NCBI RefSeq assembly: GCF_963921235.1
Contig: NC_086108.1
Coordinates: 114,888,001-114,952,000, forward strand
Reading direction: 5' to 3'
Origin: Mobula hypostoma
Lineage: Eukaryota
DNA: 64,000 bases
Shown: positions 9,996-21,302 of the stretch, in pieces
How positions within the stretch are numbered: the stretch's first letter is position 1
Layout of the letters: the number at the start of each line of letters is the position of its first letter
Notes under the pieces: model-generated
What the model saw: only the letters and a program-made list of their open reading frames with translations
The model's database searches: none
Told to the model about the DNA's origin: nothing
Program-made: the position numbers and the translations under genes

Positions 9996-12226
9996 ATAGA
10001 AACATAGAAACATAGAAAATAGGTGCAGGAGTAGGCCATTCGGCCCTTCGAGCCTGCACCACCATTTATTATGATCATGGCTGATCATCCAACTCAGAAC
10101 CCAGCCTTCCCTCCATACCCCCTGACCCCTGTAGCCACAAGGGCCATATCTAACTTCCTCTTAAACATAGCTAATGAACTGGCCTCAACAGTTTGCTGTG
10201 GCAGAGAATTCCACAGATTCACCACTCTCTGTGTGAAGAAGTTTTTCCTAACCTCGGTCCTAAAAGGCTTCCCCTCTATCCTCAAACTGTGACCCCTCGT
10301 TCTTGACCTCCCCAACATCGGGAACAATCTTCCCGCATCTAGCCTGTCCAATCCCTTTAGGATCTTATACGTTTCAATCAGATCCCCCCTCAATCTTCTA
10401 AATTCCAACGAGTACAAGCCCAGTTCATCCAGTCTTTCTTCATATGAAAGACCTGCCATCCCAGGAATCAATCTGGTGAACCTTCTTTGTACTCCCTCTA
10501 TGGCAAAGATGTCTTTCCTCAGATTAGGGGACCAAAACTGCACACAATACTCCAGGTGTGGTCTCACCAAGGCCTTGTACAACTGCAGTAGTACCTCCCT
10601 GCTCCTGTACTCGAATTCTCTCGCTATAAATTCCAGCATACCGTTCGCCTTTTTCACCGCCTGCTGTACCTGCATGCCCACTTTCAATGACTGGTGTATA
10701 ATGACACCCAGGTCTCGTTGCACCTCCCCTTTTCCTAATCGGCCACCATTCAGATAATAATCTGTTTTCCTATTTTTGCCACCAAAGTGGATAACTTCAC
10801 ATTTATCCACATTAAATTGCATCTGCCATGAGTTTGCCCACTCACCCAACCTATCCAAGTCACCCTGCATCCTCTTAGCATCCTCCTCACTGCTAACACT
10901 GCCACCCAGCTTCGTGTCATCCGCAAACTTGGAGATGCTGCACTTAATTCCCTCATCCAAGTCATTAATATATATTGTAAACAACTGGGGTCCCAGCACT
11001 GAGCCTTGCGGTACCCCACTAGTCACCGCCTGCCATTCTGAAAAGGTCCCGTTTATTCCCACTCTTTGCTTCCTGTCTGCTAACCAATTCTCCACCCACA
11101 CCAATACCTTACCCCCAATACCGTGTGCTTTAAGTTTGCACACTGATCTCCTGTGTGGGACCTTGTCAAAAGCCTTTTGAAAATCCAAATATACCACATC
11201 CACTGGTTCTCCCCTATCCACTCTACTAGTTACATCCCCAAAAAATTCTATGAGATTCGTCAGACATGATTTTCCTTTCACAAATCCATGCTGACTTTGT
11301 CCGATCATTTCACCGCTTTCCAAATGTGCTGTTATCACATCCTTGATAACTGACTCCAGCAGTTTCCCCACCACCGATGTTAGGCTAACCGGCCTATAAT
11401 TCCCCGGTTTCTCTCTCCCTCCTTTTTTAAAAATTGGGGTTACATTAGCCACCCTCCAATCCTCAGGAACTAGTCCAGAATCTAACGAGTTTTGAAAAAT
11501 TATCACTAATGCATCCACTATTTCTTGGGCTACTTCCTTAAGCACTCTGGGATGCAGACCATCTGGCCCTGGGGATTTATCTGCCTTCAATCCCTTCAAT
11601 TTACTTAACACCACTTCCCTACTAACATGTATTTCACTCAGTTCCTCCATCTCACTGGACCCTCTGTCCCTTACTATTTCTGGAAGATTATTTATGTCCT
11701 CCTTAGTGAAGACAGAACCAAAGTAATTTATTCCATTGGTCTGCCATGTCCTTGCTCCCCATAATCAATTCACCTGTTTCTGTCTGCAGGGGACCTACAT
11801 TTGTCTTTATCAGTCTTTTCCTTTTTACATATCTATAAAAGCTTTTACAGTCCGTTTTTATGTTCTCTGCCAGTTTTCTCTCATAATCTTTTTTCCCCTT
11901 CCCAATTAAGCCCTTTGTCCTCCTCTGCTGAACTCTGAATTTCTCCCAGTCCTCAGGTGAGCCACTTTCTCTGGCTAATTTGTATGCTTCTTCTTTGGAA
12001 TTGATACTATCCCTAATTTCTCTTGTCAGCCACGGGTGCACTACCTTCCTTGATTTATTCTTTTGCCAAACTGGGATGAACAATTGTTGTAGTTCATCCA
12101 TGCAACCTTTAAATGCTTGCCATTGCATATCCACCGTCAATCCTTTAAGTGTCATTTGCCAGTCTATCTTAGCTAATTCACATCTCATACCTTCAAAGTT
12201 ACCCCTCTTTAAGTTCAGAACCTTTG
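9996..12226 (-). mobile_element. Young 5'-truncated CR1 LINE (ORF2 tether + reverse transcriptase + 3' UTR with (TTCTATGT)n tail)
   Basis: ORF 10094-11650 has KSPGPDGLHPRVLKE, GNYRPVSLTS, YLDFQKAFDKVPH, GVPQGSVLGP and KFADDTKL. ORF 11703-12233 is the upstream continuation across one frameshift. Tail ATAGAAACATAGAAACATAGAAA at 9996-10018. No endonuclease domain or ORF1. Confidence 0.95.
10094..11650 (-). pseudogene. CR1 ORF2 reverse transcriptase domain, open but truncated and non-autonomous
   Basis: Non-LTR RT motifs PQG and FADD are intact in a 518-aa open frame. Confidence 0.9.
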
Positions 12227-12227
12227 A

Positions 12228-12738
12228 GTCCATTGAGAATTGTCTTCAGTTCTGGTTGACTCACTATAGGAAGAATGTGGAAGCTTTCGAGAGGGTGCAG
12301 AGGAGATTTACCAGGATGCTGCCTGAATTAGAGAGCATGTCTTGCGAGGATAGGCTGAGTGAGCTAAGGATTTCCTCTTTGAGCAAAGGAGGGTGAGAGG
12401 TGATTTGATGGAGGTGTACAAGATGATAGGAGGCATAGATCAAGTGGGCAGCCAAGGGTGGAAATGGCTGATACAAGGGGACATAATTTTAACGTGATTG
12501 GAGGAAAGTATGGGCGGGGGGGGGGATGTCAGAGGGAGGTGGGTTTTTTTACACAGCGTTGAGTGCGTGGAACACGTTGCCAGATGTGGTGGTAGAGACA
12601 AATAGATTAGGGGCTTTTAAGAGACTCTTAGCTGACAGAAAAATAAAGGGCCATGTGGGAAGGTAAGGTTTAGACTGATTTCAGAGTAGGTTAAAGGGGC
12701 TGAAGGGCCTGGGGCTGTGCTGTAAAATTCTATTTTCA
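12228..12738 (+). mobile_element. Older CR1 3' fragment, opposite orientation to the young CR1
   Basis: Translates as 'CLQFWLTHYRKNVEAFERVQRRFTRMLPELE...'; tail GGGCTGAAGGGCCTGGGGCTGTGCTGTAAAATTCTAT. Confidence 0.8.
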
Positions 12739-12799
12739 CTCATTGCCGGGCGATGCCGCTGGAAAACTGGGCTCGGTGCACGGAAAGCACCCCACTTAC

Positions 12800-12955
12800 T
12801 CTCCCGGGTGTGCGGAGATCCTCTTCCCGAGCGAGCTATGCTCGCCCACTCTTCCTCCGCCACACTGTCCACGCGGGAGGCATCCAGCTCTGGCTGCGAG
12901 TCCCCTCCTCGCTCGTCCTCATCCTGATCCTGCTCCTGAATGGACTCGCGTCTCC
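12800..12955 (-). CDS. Internal coding exon (156 nt, phase 1-1): RRESIQEQDQDEDERGGDSQPELDASRVDSVAEEEWASIARSGRGSPHTRE
   Basis: Pyrimidine-rich acceptor ...CCCTCTCCCACCTCGCTGCTTGGAACCTCAG|, consensus donor |GTAAGT at 12799-12794, length divisible by 3, open acidic frame, unique CpG-containing sequence among repeats. Confidence 0.7.
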
Positions 12956-13149
12956 CTGAGGTTCCAAGCAGCGAGGTGGGAGAGGGATAACAAGTCAGCA
13001 GATCATCTGATAAAAGTGTGGGATGGGGATGGTCAGGGAACAAGGCTGGACTTCACAAACCGAGGCCAAGGTATGGATCACAAGCTGAGCTTGGTTTTCC
13101 CGATGGTTCACTCCATTAGTTCTCCATGAGTATCAATGAGGGGTAACCA

Positions 13150-13340
13150 ACCAGTAGCCCTAACTCCAGAATCCCGGGTTCCATCTTGACTTCGGAATTT
13201 GTGGAGTTTGTACGTTTTCCCTGTGACCGTATGGATTTACACAGGGTGTTCCGGTTCCCTGCCACATCCGAAAGACCTGCAGGTCAGTGGGTTAATTGGC
13301 TGCTGTAAAGTGTCCCCAGTTTGAAAGGGTTAACGTAGGG
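13150..13340 (+). mobile_element. V-SINE-like element
   Basis: CCCGGGTTCCATC B-box-like motif followed by TGTGGAGTTTGTACGTTTTCCCTGTGACCGTATGG...GGGTGTTCCGGTTCCCTGCCACATCC. Confidence 0.7.
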
Positions 13341-13349
13341 AGAACATAT

Positions 13350-13665
13350 GATGCTTGTGCTGGAGTCGAGAAGAATGATGCGGGATCTCATTGAAACCCA
13401 TCAATATTGAAAGGATGGGTATGGAGAGAATGTTTCCTATAGTGGGCTGGAGGAGACAGGGGAGCCTGGGACCAAAGGGCACAGCCTCTCAATAGAAGGA
13501 TGTCCCTTGAACATGGATGAGAAGGAACTGGTCAGGGCATCAAGGGCTATGGCGAGAGGTAGGTTTATGGGTTTGAATGGGATCCGAGATCAGCCATGAT
13601 GAAATGGCGGAGTGGACTCAAAGAGCTGAATGGTCTAATTCTGCTTCTGTGTCTTTTGGTCTAAG
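13350..13665 (+). mobile_element. Degenerate CR1 3' fragment
   Basis: GGGATCTCATTGAAACC...GGGCACAGCCTC...GATCAGCCATGATGAAATGGCGGAG tail. Confidence 0.7.
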
Positions 13666-13764
13666 AGGAAGCATTTTACCAGACAGAGAGTGGTGGGGTG
13701 GGGGCTCACTGTCTGGAAGGGGGGGCAGCAGAAGCACTCTCCACATCATTCTATTTAAGATACA

Positions 13765-14610
13765 TCATCTGATTGAGGTTTATAAGTTTATGAGCAGTAT
13801 ATAGAGTGGACAAAGGCTTTTCCCGCCAGTTTTGAATAGTCTAATACATCCAGTACAAGGCAGCTCACTTGATTGGTACCCCTTCCACAAGCATCCAATC
13901 CCTCCCCCACTGATGAACAGCTGCAGTGTGTGTACTGTCTCCAAGATGCACTGCAACAACACACCAAGGTTCCTAAGGCAGCACCTTCCAGACCCACGAC
14001 CACCACCATCTCGAAGGATGAGAACAGCAGATACCTAGGAACAACACCACTTGGAAATCCCCCTCCAAGTCACTCACCAACCTGACTTGGAAACATATCA
14101 TCATTCCTTCATTGTCACTGGGTCAAAATCATGGAATTTTCTCTCTAACAGCACGGTGGGTGTCCCTACACCTCAGGGACTGCAGTGGTTCAAGAAGGCA
14201 GCTCATCACCACCTTCTCAAGGGCAACTAGGGATGGGCAGCAAATGCTGGCATAGCTGGTGATGCCCACATCCCGTAAATGAATAAATAAACAGGGGGCT
14301 TTCATTTAAGGTGAGAGGGGGTGATTTCAAAGATGTCGAGGGGCAAGTTATTATTTATTTATTTATTTTTATACACAGAGAGTGGTGGGTGTCAGGGACG
14401 TGCTGCCTGGGGTAGTGGCAGAGGCAGATAGATCAGAAACTTTTCAGAGATGTGAGATGGACACATGACACATGAATGTGAGGAAATGGAAGGATACAAA
14501 CATTGTGTAGGCAGAAGATTAGTTTAGTCAGCTACTTAATTACTAATTCGATACTACATTGTGGGCCAAAGGGCCGAGGCTGTGCTGTGCTGTACTGTTC
14601 TGTGTTCTAT
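13765..14610 (+). mobile_element. CR1 3' fragment interrupted by a second LINE-like 3' fragment (~13846-14292)
   Basis: CR1-like sequence 'GATTGAGGTTTATAAG...TCTAATA' resumes after the insert as 'ACAGGGGGC...TTTAAGGTGAGAGGGG...ACACAGAGAGTGGTGGGT'. The insert ends in AAATGAATAAATAAA; its family is uncertain. Confidence 0.55.
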
Positions 14611-14784
14611 GCTGGGCTTCAGACACAGTGTTGGGGTGGAATTGTGGTAGGGGAAGGGAGTGCCACGGGGGTCTCTGTTTTATCAGCATGGACATGTTGT
14701 ACTGAAACAGCCTCCCTTGTGCCTCACACCCCTGTGATTACACTACCATGGGTCATAGGCAGTGGGCTTTGCAAGATCTAGAGG

Positions 14785-15130
14785 TGGTCCTAGAGATAGT
14801 GTAGCAGTTAGCATGATGCTATCACACATCACGGTGTCAGAGTTCAGAGTTCAATTCCAGCATTGTCTGTAAAGAGCTTGTACATTCTCCCCTGGTTTCC
14901 TCCCACAGTCCAAAGGCATATGGGTGAGTAGGTTAATTGGTCATTATGAATTTTCCCGTGATTAGGCTCGGATTAAACTGGGGGGTTGCTGGGTGATGCG
15001 GATGGTTGGGTCGGAAGGGCCGGTTCCGTGGTGTATCTCTAAAATAAACAGACAGATAGGTAAACATCTATTAAATAGATAGATAGATAAATAAATTAAT
15101 AAATTAATTAATTAATTTCAAAATAAATAA
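14785..15130 (+). mobile_element. SINE (V-SINE-like) with AT-rich simple-repeat tail (AGAT/TAAA)
   Basis: GTGTAGCAGTTAGC...GAGTTCAATTCC head, GGTTTCCTCCCACAGTCCAAAG body, GGAAGGGCC...GTATCTCTAAAATAAA tail. Confidence 0.65.
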
Positions 15131-15217
15131 GGTTTCTCCAAGCCTTTTCCAGGAAACTGTAAAGACATGGGTGGGGAGACAGAACTCAGAAATCCTTTCC
15201 TCAGAGGCCACAAATAC

Positions 15218-15274
15218 CCGTCTGAGGAACTGCAGGACTGGGTGATTTTCTCCAGATTTGGGCAGTTACGTGAT
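15218..15274 (-). CDS. Candidate 57-nt phase 1-1 exon (HVTAQIWRKSPSPAVPQT)
   Basis: Good acceptor TCTTCATTCCTGGCACCTCTGCTACTCCAG|, weak donor CGG|GTATTT, frame-preserving and open. Confidence 0.3.
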
Positions 15275-15571
15275 CTGGAGTAGCAGAGGTGCCAGGAATG
15301 AAGATACAGATCCAACTGGCTCAAGGAATGGAATGGTCTTAGGGTGTTCCCTGTGTAACCAAGGTTATCCAACAGGAGCGATTCAAGGTGAGTTTGAAGA
15401 GAGACTTGGTATTGAAGGTGTAGAGCCTTACACTTTGGTCCTGGTATCTGTGATATTCAGCTTTAACACAGTACTCTCCGTTCCTACCGTCATACTAAGG
15501 AGCTGATGCATGTAACCGTTCTAAACACTTTCTGCATTTATTTCTTCATACAAACACCGTTAAGTGGAACA

Positions 15572-16083
15572 AACTGTGAATCAGCACATTTAACTGGGAA
15601 GTGGGGAACTGTGAATCAGCACATTTAACTGGGAAGTGGGGAACTGTGAATCAGCAGATTTAACTGGGAAGTGGGGAACTGTGAATCCGGACATTTAACT
15701 GGGGAAGTGGGGAACTGTGAATCAGCACATTTAACTGGGGAAGTGGGGAACTGTGAATCCGGACATTTAACTGGGGAAGTGGGGAACTGTGAATCAGCAG
15801 ATTTAACTGGGAAGTGGGGAACTGTGAATCAGCACATTTAACTGGGGAAGTGGGGAACTGTGAATCCGGACATTTAACTGGGGAAGTGGGGAACTGTGAA
15901 TCAGCAGATTTAGCTGGGAAGTGGGGAACTGTGAATCAGCAGATTTAGCTGGGAAGTGGGGAACTGTGAATCAGCAGATTTAGCTGGGAAGTGGGGAACT
16001 GTGATTCGGCACATTTAACTGGGGAAGTAGGGAACTGTGAATCCGGACATTTAACTGGGAAGTGGGGAACTGTGATTCGGCAC
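15572..16083 (+). repeat. 35/36-bp minisatellite AACTGTGAATCAGCACATTTAACTGGG(G)AAGTGGGG, ~14 copies
   Basis: Direct tandem repetition with CAGCAC/CAGCAG/CCGGAC variants. Confidence 0.95.
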
Positions 16084-16432
16084 AGTGGTGGCTAGCACAG
16101 AGCAGATAGACAGAACGGTTTTACCACCCCACTCTGTGCTGAAACCATCCCATTCCACATTCATTGTCCAGATCCAGTTCCCCAGGACAACGGCCAGAAC
16201 CTCGGGCTGTCTGTGAGGTGTTTGCATGCCCTCTCCGTGGCCCACATTCCAGAGGCATGTGGGTCAGGCTAGTGAGTTCTGAATATGCTATGTTGTTGCC
16301 AAAACTGTGGTGACACTTGTGGGCTGCCTCCAACACAATCCACGCTGATTTGATTTGACAGAGATGATGTATTTCACTGTACGTTACAATGTTTGATGTA
16401 CATATGACAAATAAAATCAATCTTTATTTCTA
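16084..16432 (+). mobile_element. Degenerate SINE-like element with LINE-like tail
   Basis: GCTGTCTGTGAGGTGTTTGCATG...CCCACATTCCAGAGGCATGT body; tail GATGTACATATGACAAATAAAATCAATCTT. Confidence 0.5.
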
Positions 16433-16534
16433 TCTCATGATTCGCTTCCCCTCAGCTGAGCAGGTCTGTTCTGAAGGTGAAAAGCTGCAGGATCCACCCA
16501 TGATCCAGGTGAACCCCTCTCTGTTACTTTTCAG

Positions 16535-16860
16535 AAGGTGGGGGTCACTGTAGTGGATGAGTTTAGGACCAGAGGACACAGCCTCAAACAAGACTAGAAG
16601 GACGTTCATTTGGAACAGAGATGAAGAATTTCTTTAGCCAGAGGATAGTGAATCTGTGGAATTCATTGCCACAGGTGGTTGTGGAGGCCACGTCATTGGG
16701 TCTATTTGAAGTGGAGGTTGATAGGTTCTCAATTTTCAGGGTGTCAAAGGTTATGGGGAGAAGGCAGGAGAATGGGGTTGAGAGGGATAATAAATCAGCC
16801 ATGATGGGATGGTGGAGCAGACTCGACAGGCCAAAAGGCCCAGTTCTGCTCCAACGTCTT
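16535..16860 (+). mobile_element. CR1 3' fragment
   Basis: Translates 'MKNFFSQRIVNLWNSLPQVVVEA', homologous to the C-terminus of the 10094-11650 ORF. Confidence 0.8.
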
Positions 16861-17399
16861 GCAGTCTCAGGGTCTCACCTCAGCCTGGGGTTTAGTGCCT
16901 CTCAGGAAGAGGATGGTGAGTGGGTGCTTGATCCAGACCAGCTCACTTTGCCACAGGGTATTGCTTCTCCTGCCGGGAATTCAGAGTGGGCTCTGGGATT
17001 TGGACACTGCAGCCACCACCCAGCAGATGGGACGTCCCCTCTGACCCAGGCGTGTTGGGGGAATTGGGTGAGCTGATTGACAGCTCGTTGACACACACTG
17101 GTCCCTCAGATATAAAACTCAGACACACAGGAACACCAACACGTCACTCTGGATAAATGCAGAACGCAAAGGGACCTGGCAGGTACAATGCACCAGCAGC
17201 TGGTACACAGCACAGGTTAATACTGGAGTGCAGTGCAGTTGGTGGTAAACCTCCAGAGCAGAGCAGACATGGGGGGTTATACCACTCCGACGGGCCAATA
17301 ATCATCACACCTCATAACCAACCAAACCTCCCATCCAGGCCTCATTCCCCAGCCTGGGTGTACCTCCGCGTCCTGAAGACACGAGGGTTGGTGGGTTAA

Positions 17400-17745
17400 T
17401 TGGCCACACCTCTCTCCCTTCAGAACGCAGAGCCAGACACTCTGGTTCCAGGTCAGTCTTGACCTCTGGCGCTGTCCTTGTGGAGTTTGCATGTTCTCCC
17501 TGTGACCCATGTGGGTTTCTCCAGAATGCTTCCATTCCCTCCCACATCCCAAAGACATGCTGGTCAGAGAGTTAACTGGATGCTGTAAATTGTCCCCAGT
17601 GAGTAGCTGAGGGGTGGAATTTCGGGGGAGTTACTGGGAGTGTAGGAAGAATGAAATTTCATTCATGTAGGTTAAATAAGTGTTTTAATGGTTGGCATGA
17701 CCTCGATGGGCCAAAAGATCCACTTCTGTGCAGTCTGTCCTCTGT
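17400..17745 (+). mobile_element. V-SINE-like element with CR1-derived 3' tail
   Basis: TGTGGAGTTTGCATGTTCTCCCTGTGACCCATGTGGGTTTCTCC...CCTCCCACATCCCAAAGAC; tail CTCGATGGGCCAAAAG...TTCTGTGC. Confidence 0.7.
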
Positions 17746-17864
17746 GCTTAGTTTTATCACAGGAAACAGGCTTCAGTGAGGGCTATTAAATACATATTTC
17801 ACTCAAGTTAATAATAGTAACTTATACTAATTAGGCTAACAACAACAAATTGTGTAGTTAAATG

Positions 17865-18255
17865 GCTGACGGCATTTGATGCTCCGGGCCTGTACCCACT
17901 GGAGTTTAGAAGAATGCAAAGGGGATCTCATTGAAACCTGTCAAATTGACATGGAGAGGAAATTTCCTGTAGTGGGGGAGTCACAACCTCAGAATAGAGG
18001 GATATCCATTTAGAACAGAGATGAGGAAGAATTTCTCCAGGCAGAGGGTGGTGAATCTGTAGAATTCATTGCCACAGACATTTGTGGGGGCCATGTCATT
18101 GGGTATATGTAAAGCGGGGGGTTATTCATTCTTGATTAGTCCGGGGGCTACAGGGAGAAGGCAGGAGAACAGGATTGAGGGGGTTGATAAATCAGCGACA
18201 CTGGAATGGCTGAGCAGACTCGATGGGCCTAATTCTGCTCCTATATCTTATGGCT
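17865..18255 (+). mobile_element. CR1 3' fragment
   Basis: GGGGATCTCATTGAAACC...CAGAGGGTGGTGAATCTGT...GAGCAGACTCGATGGGCC...CCTATATCTTATGG. Confidence 0.75.
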
Positions 18256-18669
18256 GCACTTTAGCTGAAGCCTCCAATTCCAGTACGAACCATTGTCATG
18301 GTAACGGTGAATCGAAGGCTGGGTGCAGAGCTGTGGAGGGAGGTTTGGTGGATGGGTTGGGAGGGGCAGCAGACTGAGAATGCGAGCCTCGGGGTTGAAC
18401 AGTGTCACAGTAGTACCAGTTGAGTAGAGTCTGGCTGACCATTTCCTCTCTCAGTGGCCCATACAAAGTCACAATGGATTGGATCACACGGTAACCTCTC
18501 CTTTCTAGCTTAAAGTTGGGAAAGTGAGCCAAAGTTGAGTTCAACATCTACAAAATAATGAATTAATGTATGAAGAAACATGTTTATTAGTTGAATCTGT
18601 AACTCATTTCATTTCTCTTTGTAGTTTCCATTTATTTATTAAGAAACTGGCAATTCCATCTCACTGAGC

Positions 18670-18902
18670 CCAGGCACCCAGCCATTAACCCTAGCGGTAA
18701 TACAGGACCATTTACAATCACCAATTAACCTACACAACTCATATGGGTTTGGACTGTGGGAGGAAACCAGAGCACCTGGAGAAAACATATACAGTCACCA
18801 GAACATAGAAACTCCTTACGGGAGACGCAAGAATTGAACTCCAACTCTGATGCCCTGAACTGCAACAGCATCGTGCTAACTACAACACTACTGTGGCACC
18901 CC
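18670..18902 (-). mobile_element. SINE (V-SINE-like), reverse orientation
   Basis: Plus strand shows GGACTGTGGGAGGAAACCAGAGCACCTGGAGAAA and GAATTGAACTC, the reverse complement of the SINE at ~14.8 kb. Confidence 0.65.
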
Positions 18903-18939
18903 AACTTACGTTGTCGACAACACTGCCCACACTCGTACA

Positions 18940-19352
18940 TAAACACAAGGGATTCTGTAGATGCTGGAAATCCAAAGCAACACAAACAAAATGCTGGAGG
19001 AACTCTGCAGGTCAGGCAGCAACTACAGAAGAGGAATAAACAGTCAACTCTTTGGGCAAAGACCCTTCATCAGGACTGAAGTGGAAGGGGGCAGTAGCTG
19101 GAATATGAAGGTGAGGGAGGTGTAGGAGGACAAGGTGAGACTAGGTGGGTGGAGGGGTAGGATGGGATAAAGTATGAAGCTGGGAGAGGATAGATGGAAG
19201 TGGTAAAGGCTGGAGGAGGAGGAATTGGATCGGAGTGGAGATGGACCATGAGAGAAAGGTCCTGATGAAAGGTCTCATTCTGAAACATTGACTGTTTATT
19301 CTCCTCCACAGACGCTGCCTGACCTGCTAAGCTCCTCCATTGATTTGTGAGT
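18940..19352. mobile_element. Second Penelope-like inverted-repeat relic with two decayed hammerhead-like cores
   Basis: Left arm ...GCAGGTCAGGCAGC...GAATAAACAGTCAAC...GACCCTTCATCAGGAC; right arm GTCCTGATGAAAGGTCTC...GAAACATTGACTGTTTATTC...GCTGCCTGACCTGC. Same family as 8543-8795. Confidence 0.6.
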
Positions 19353-19724
19353 GCCACTCCTCGTACCGTCCAGACAACACATTCCCAGAGTCACTGATCG
19401 GATCCAGCAAGGGGATCACGCCAACGGCAGGGAGAAGGGCTTCCAGAAATGGAAGGAGGAAGAGAGGATTCCTAACTGGAGCTGACAGGGACTGACATGT
19501 GACACGGAAAATTACAGTCAGGAACTCGGGAGAAATGTCCCTCTCCGGAGGGGATGGGAAGACCACTCTCACAGGAGGAGTGAAGTGGGTTTAGGGAGGA
19601 GCTGAGGGATAGCATTGCTGTGGTGAGTGTCATGGGATTGGAGAGTGTGGGTGGAGGGGTGGACAAGTATGGAATAAGCTGGGGGAGTGAGGGCGTTGGG
19701 TTTTAAAGCAGGTTAGGGAGTAGG

Positions 19725-20230
19725 CTGAGGGGTAAGGGGAGGGGATTGGAGTTGGGGGTGGAGGGGTTTGAAGGGGGTAAGGGGAGCAGATTGGAGTGGG
19801 GGTGGAGTGGTTCAGAGGGGGTAAGGGGAGGGGATTGGAGTTGGGGGTGGAGGGGTTCGAAGGGGGCAAGGGGAGGAGATTGGAGTGGGGGTGGAGTGGT
19901 TCAGAGGGGGTAAGGGGCGGGGATTGGAGTGGGGGTGGAGAGGTTCGAAGGGGGTAAGGGGAGGAGATTGGAGTGGGGGTGGAGTGGTTCAAAGGGGGTA
20001 AGGGGAGGGGATTGGAGTGGGGGTGGAGAGGTTCGAAGGGGGTAAGGGGAGGGGATTGGAGTGGGGGTGGAGTGGTTCAAAGGGGGTAAGGGGAGGGGAT
20101 TGGAGTTGGGGGTGGAGGGGTTCGAAGGGGGTAAGGGGAGAAGATTGGAGTGGGGGTGGAGTGGTTCAAAGGGGGTAAGGGGAGGGGATTGGAGTGGGGG
20201 TGGAGAGGTTCGAAGGGCATAGGGGAGTGA
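19725..20230 (+). repeat. G-rich 44-45-bp minisatellite, ~11 copies
   Basis: Unit GGGGGTAAGGGGAGGGGATTGGAGTGGGGGTGGAG(T/A)GGTTC(A/G)AA; TTC recurs at 19988, 20032 and 20076. Confidence 0.95.
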
Positions 20231-20657
20231 GGGTGTTGTGGTGGGTTCTGGGGACAGTGCATGGAGGGGGGAGTGAGAATGTTGGGTTTTGAGTGTGGGA
20301 TAGTTCCGGGAGGAAAGGGAGAGTGCGTGGGAGTGAAGGGGAGGGGTTGTAAGGCAGGACACGGCCGTGCAGCCAGGGATTGATGGACTCTCTGATACGC
20401 CCCTCCCTCTAGAGCCTGTTCTATGAGGTTCACCGCAGCCCTTGACAAGCACGCAGACACATGAACACACACAGCACAGGTCATGATCAGCTCTGGTCTC
20501 CGGTTTACTACACAAAGGCTGAACTCTGCAAGAAGCACAGTTGACACTGGCATGTTGGCACGGCATGGCTCCATGGTGTGGTGTTGGTCGAATGTAGCCA
20601 AAGTCAACACAGCAAGACAAGGGGCATGCAGAGGGAGCAGGGAACATGCTTACTTAC

Positions 20658-21077
20658 CAGCTGCTGATCTCCCTGAGACAGAGAGCTCGGCAGCACACAC
20701 ATCCACCAAACTCCCTCTCCACGTGTCACCCGTGGCTCTCAGTTGCTGCTCACCACCCGTTGCTGAAGTCACCTTGATGGACCTCCTGTTGTCCACACTG
20801 GTTCTGGGATCATCTCCCACCAGCTTGCTGAGCTCACCGTCTCCCTCACATACACGAGGGACGAGCATTTCCGTACTCTCTGCTGCTTCCCCGTCGACCG
20901 TGACCTTGGGCTCCTCACCACCACGCTCCACCGTTGCTGCAGTTACTCCCGCCTCCTCGCTGGCTGCACGACCACCTTCATCTCCAGCCTCATGGACCCC
21001 AGCTTCCGATGAGTCGCCATCAGACCCCTCGCTGGATCTCGGGAAGCCAGATGAGGATGAGTGGGAGTGGTCGCTCC
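20658..21077 (-). CDS. Internal coding exon (420 nt, phase 1-1): SDHSHSSSSGFPRSSEGSDGDSSEAG...ELSVSGRSAA
   Basis: Acceptor CTGACCTGTTGTTTTCGTATCCGCTGTGCCACAG| with a branch-like CTGAC, strong donor CTG|GTAAGT at 20657-20652, 140 open codons, acidic Ser/Gly/Glu composition like the downstream exons. Confidence 0.75.
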
Positions 21078-21124
21078 CTGTGGCACAGCGGATACGAAAA
21101 CAACAGGTCAGGTGGAGGGACGAG

Positions 21125-21302
21125 GGGGACAGGAGGGGTGTTGGGGTGAGGGGGTGGGAGACAGGAGGGGTGTTGGGGTTGAAGGGGTGGGAGACAGGAG
21201 GGGTGTTGGGGTTGAAGGGGTGGGAGACAGGAGGGGTGTTGGGGTGAGGGGGTGGGAGACAGGAGGGGTGTTGGGAGACAGGAGGGGTGTTGGGAGACAG
21301 GA
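21125..21302 (+). repeat. Short G-rich tandem repeat GGGGTGGGAGACAGGAGGGGTGTTGGGG(T)TGA
   Basis: Several direct copies, shortening to GGGAGACAGGAGGGGTGTT. Confidence 0.9.

Noticed and set aside
16875..17105. Possible additional minus-strand exon in unique sequence
   Set aside because: I could not find an acceptor/donor pair giving an open phase 1-1 exon; left unannotated.
19370..19480. Possible minus-strand exon (RNPLFLLPFLEALLPAVG...)
   Set aside because: Candidate donor gives phase 2, incompatible with neighbouring exons, and the splice signals are weak.
20483..21247. 254-aa plus-strand ORF
   Set aside because: Antisense to the 420-nt minus exon, which has the canonical splice sites; it runs into a simple repeat.
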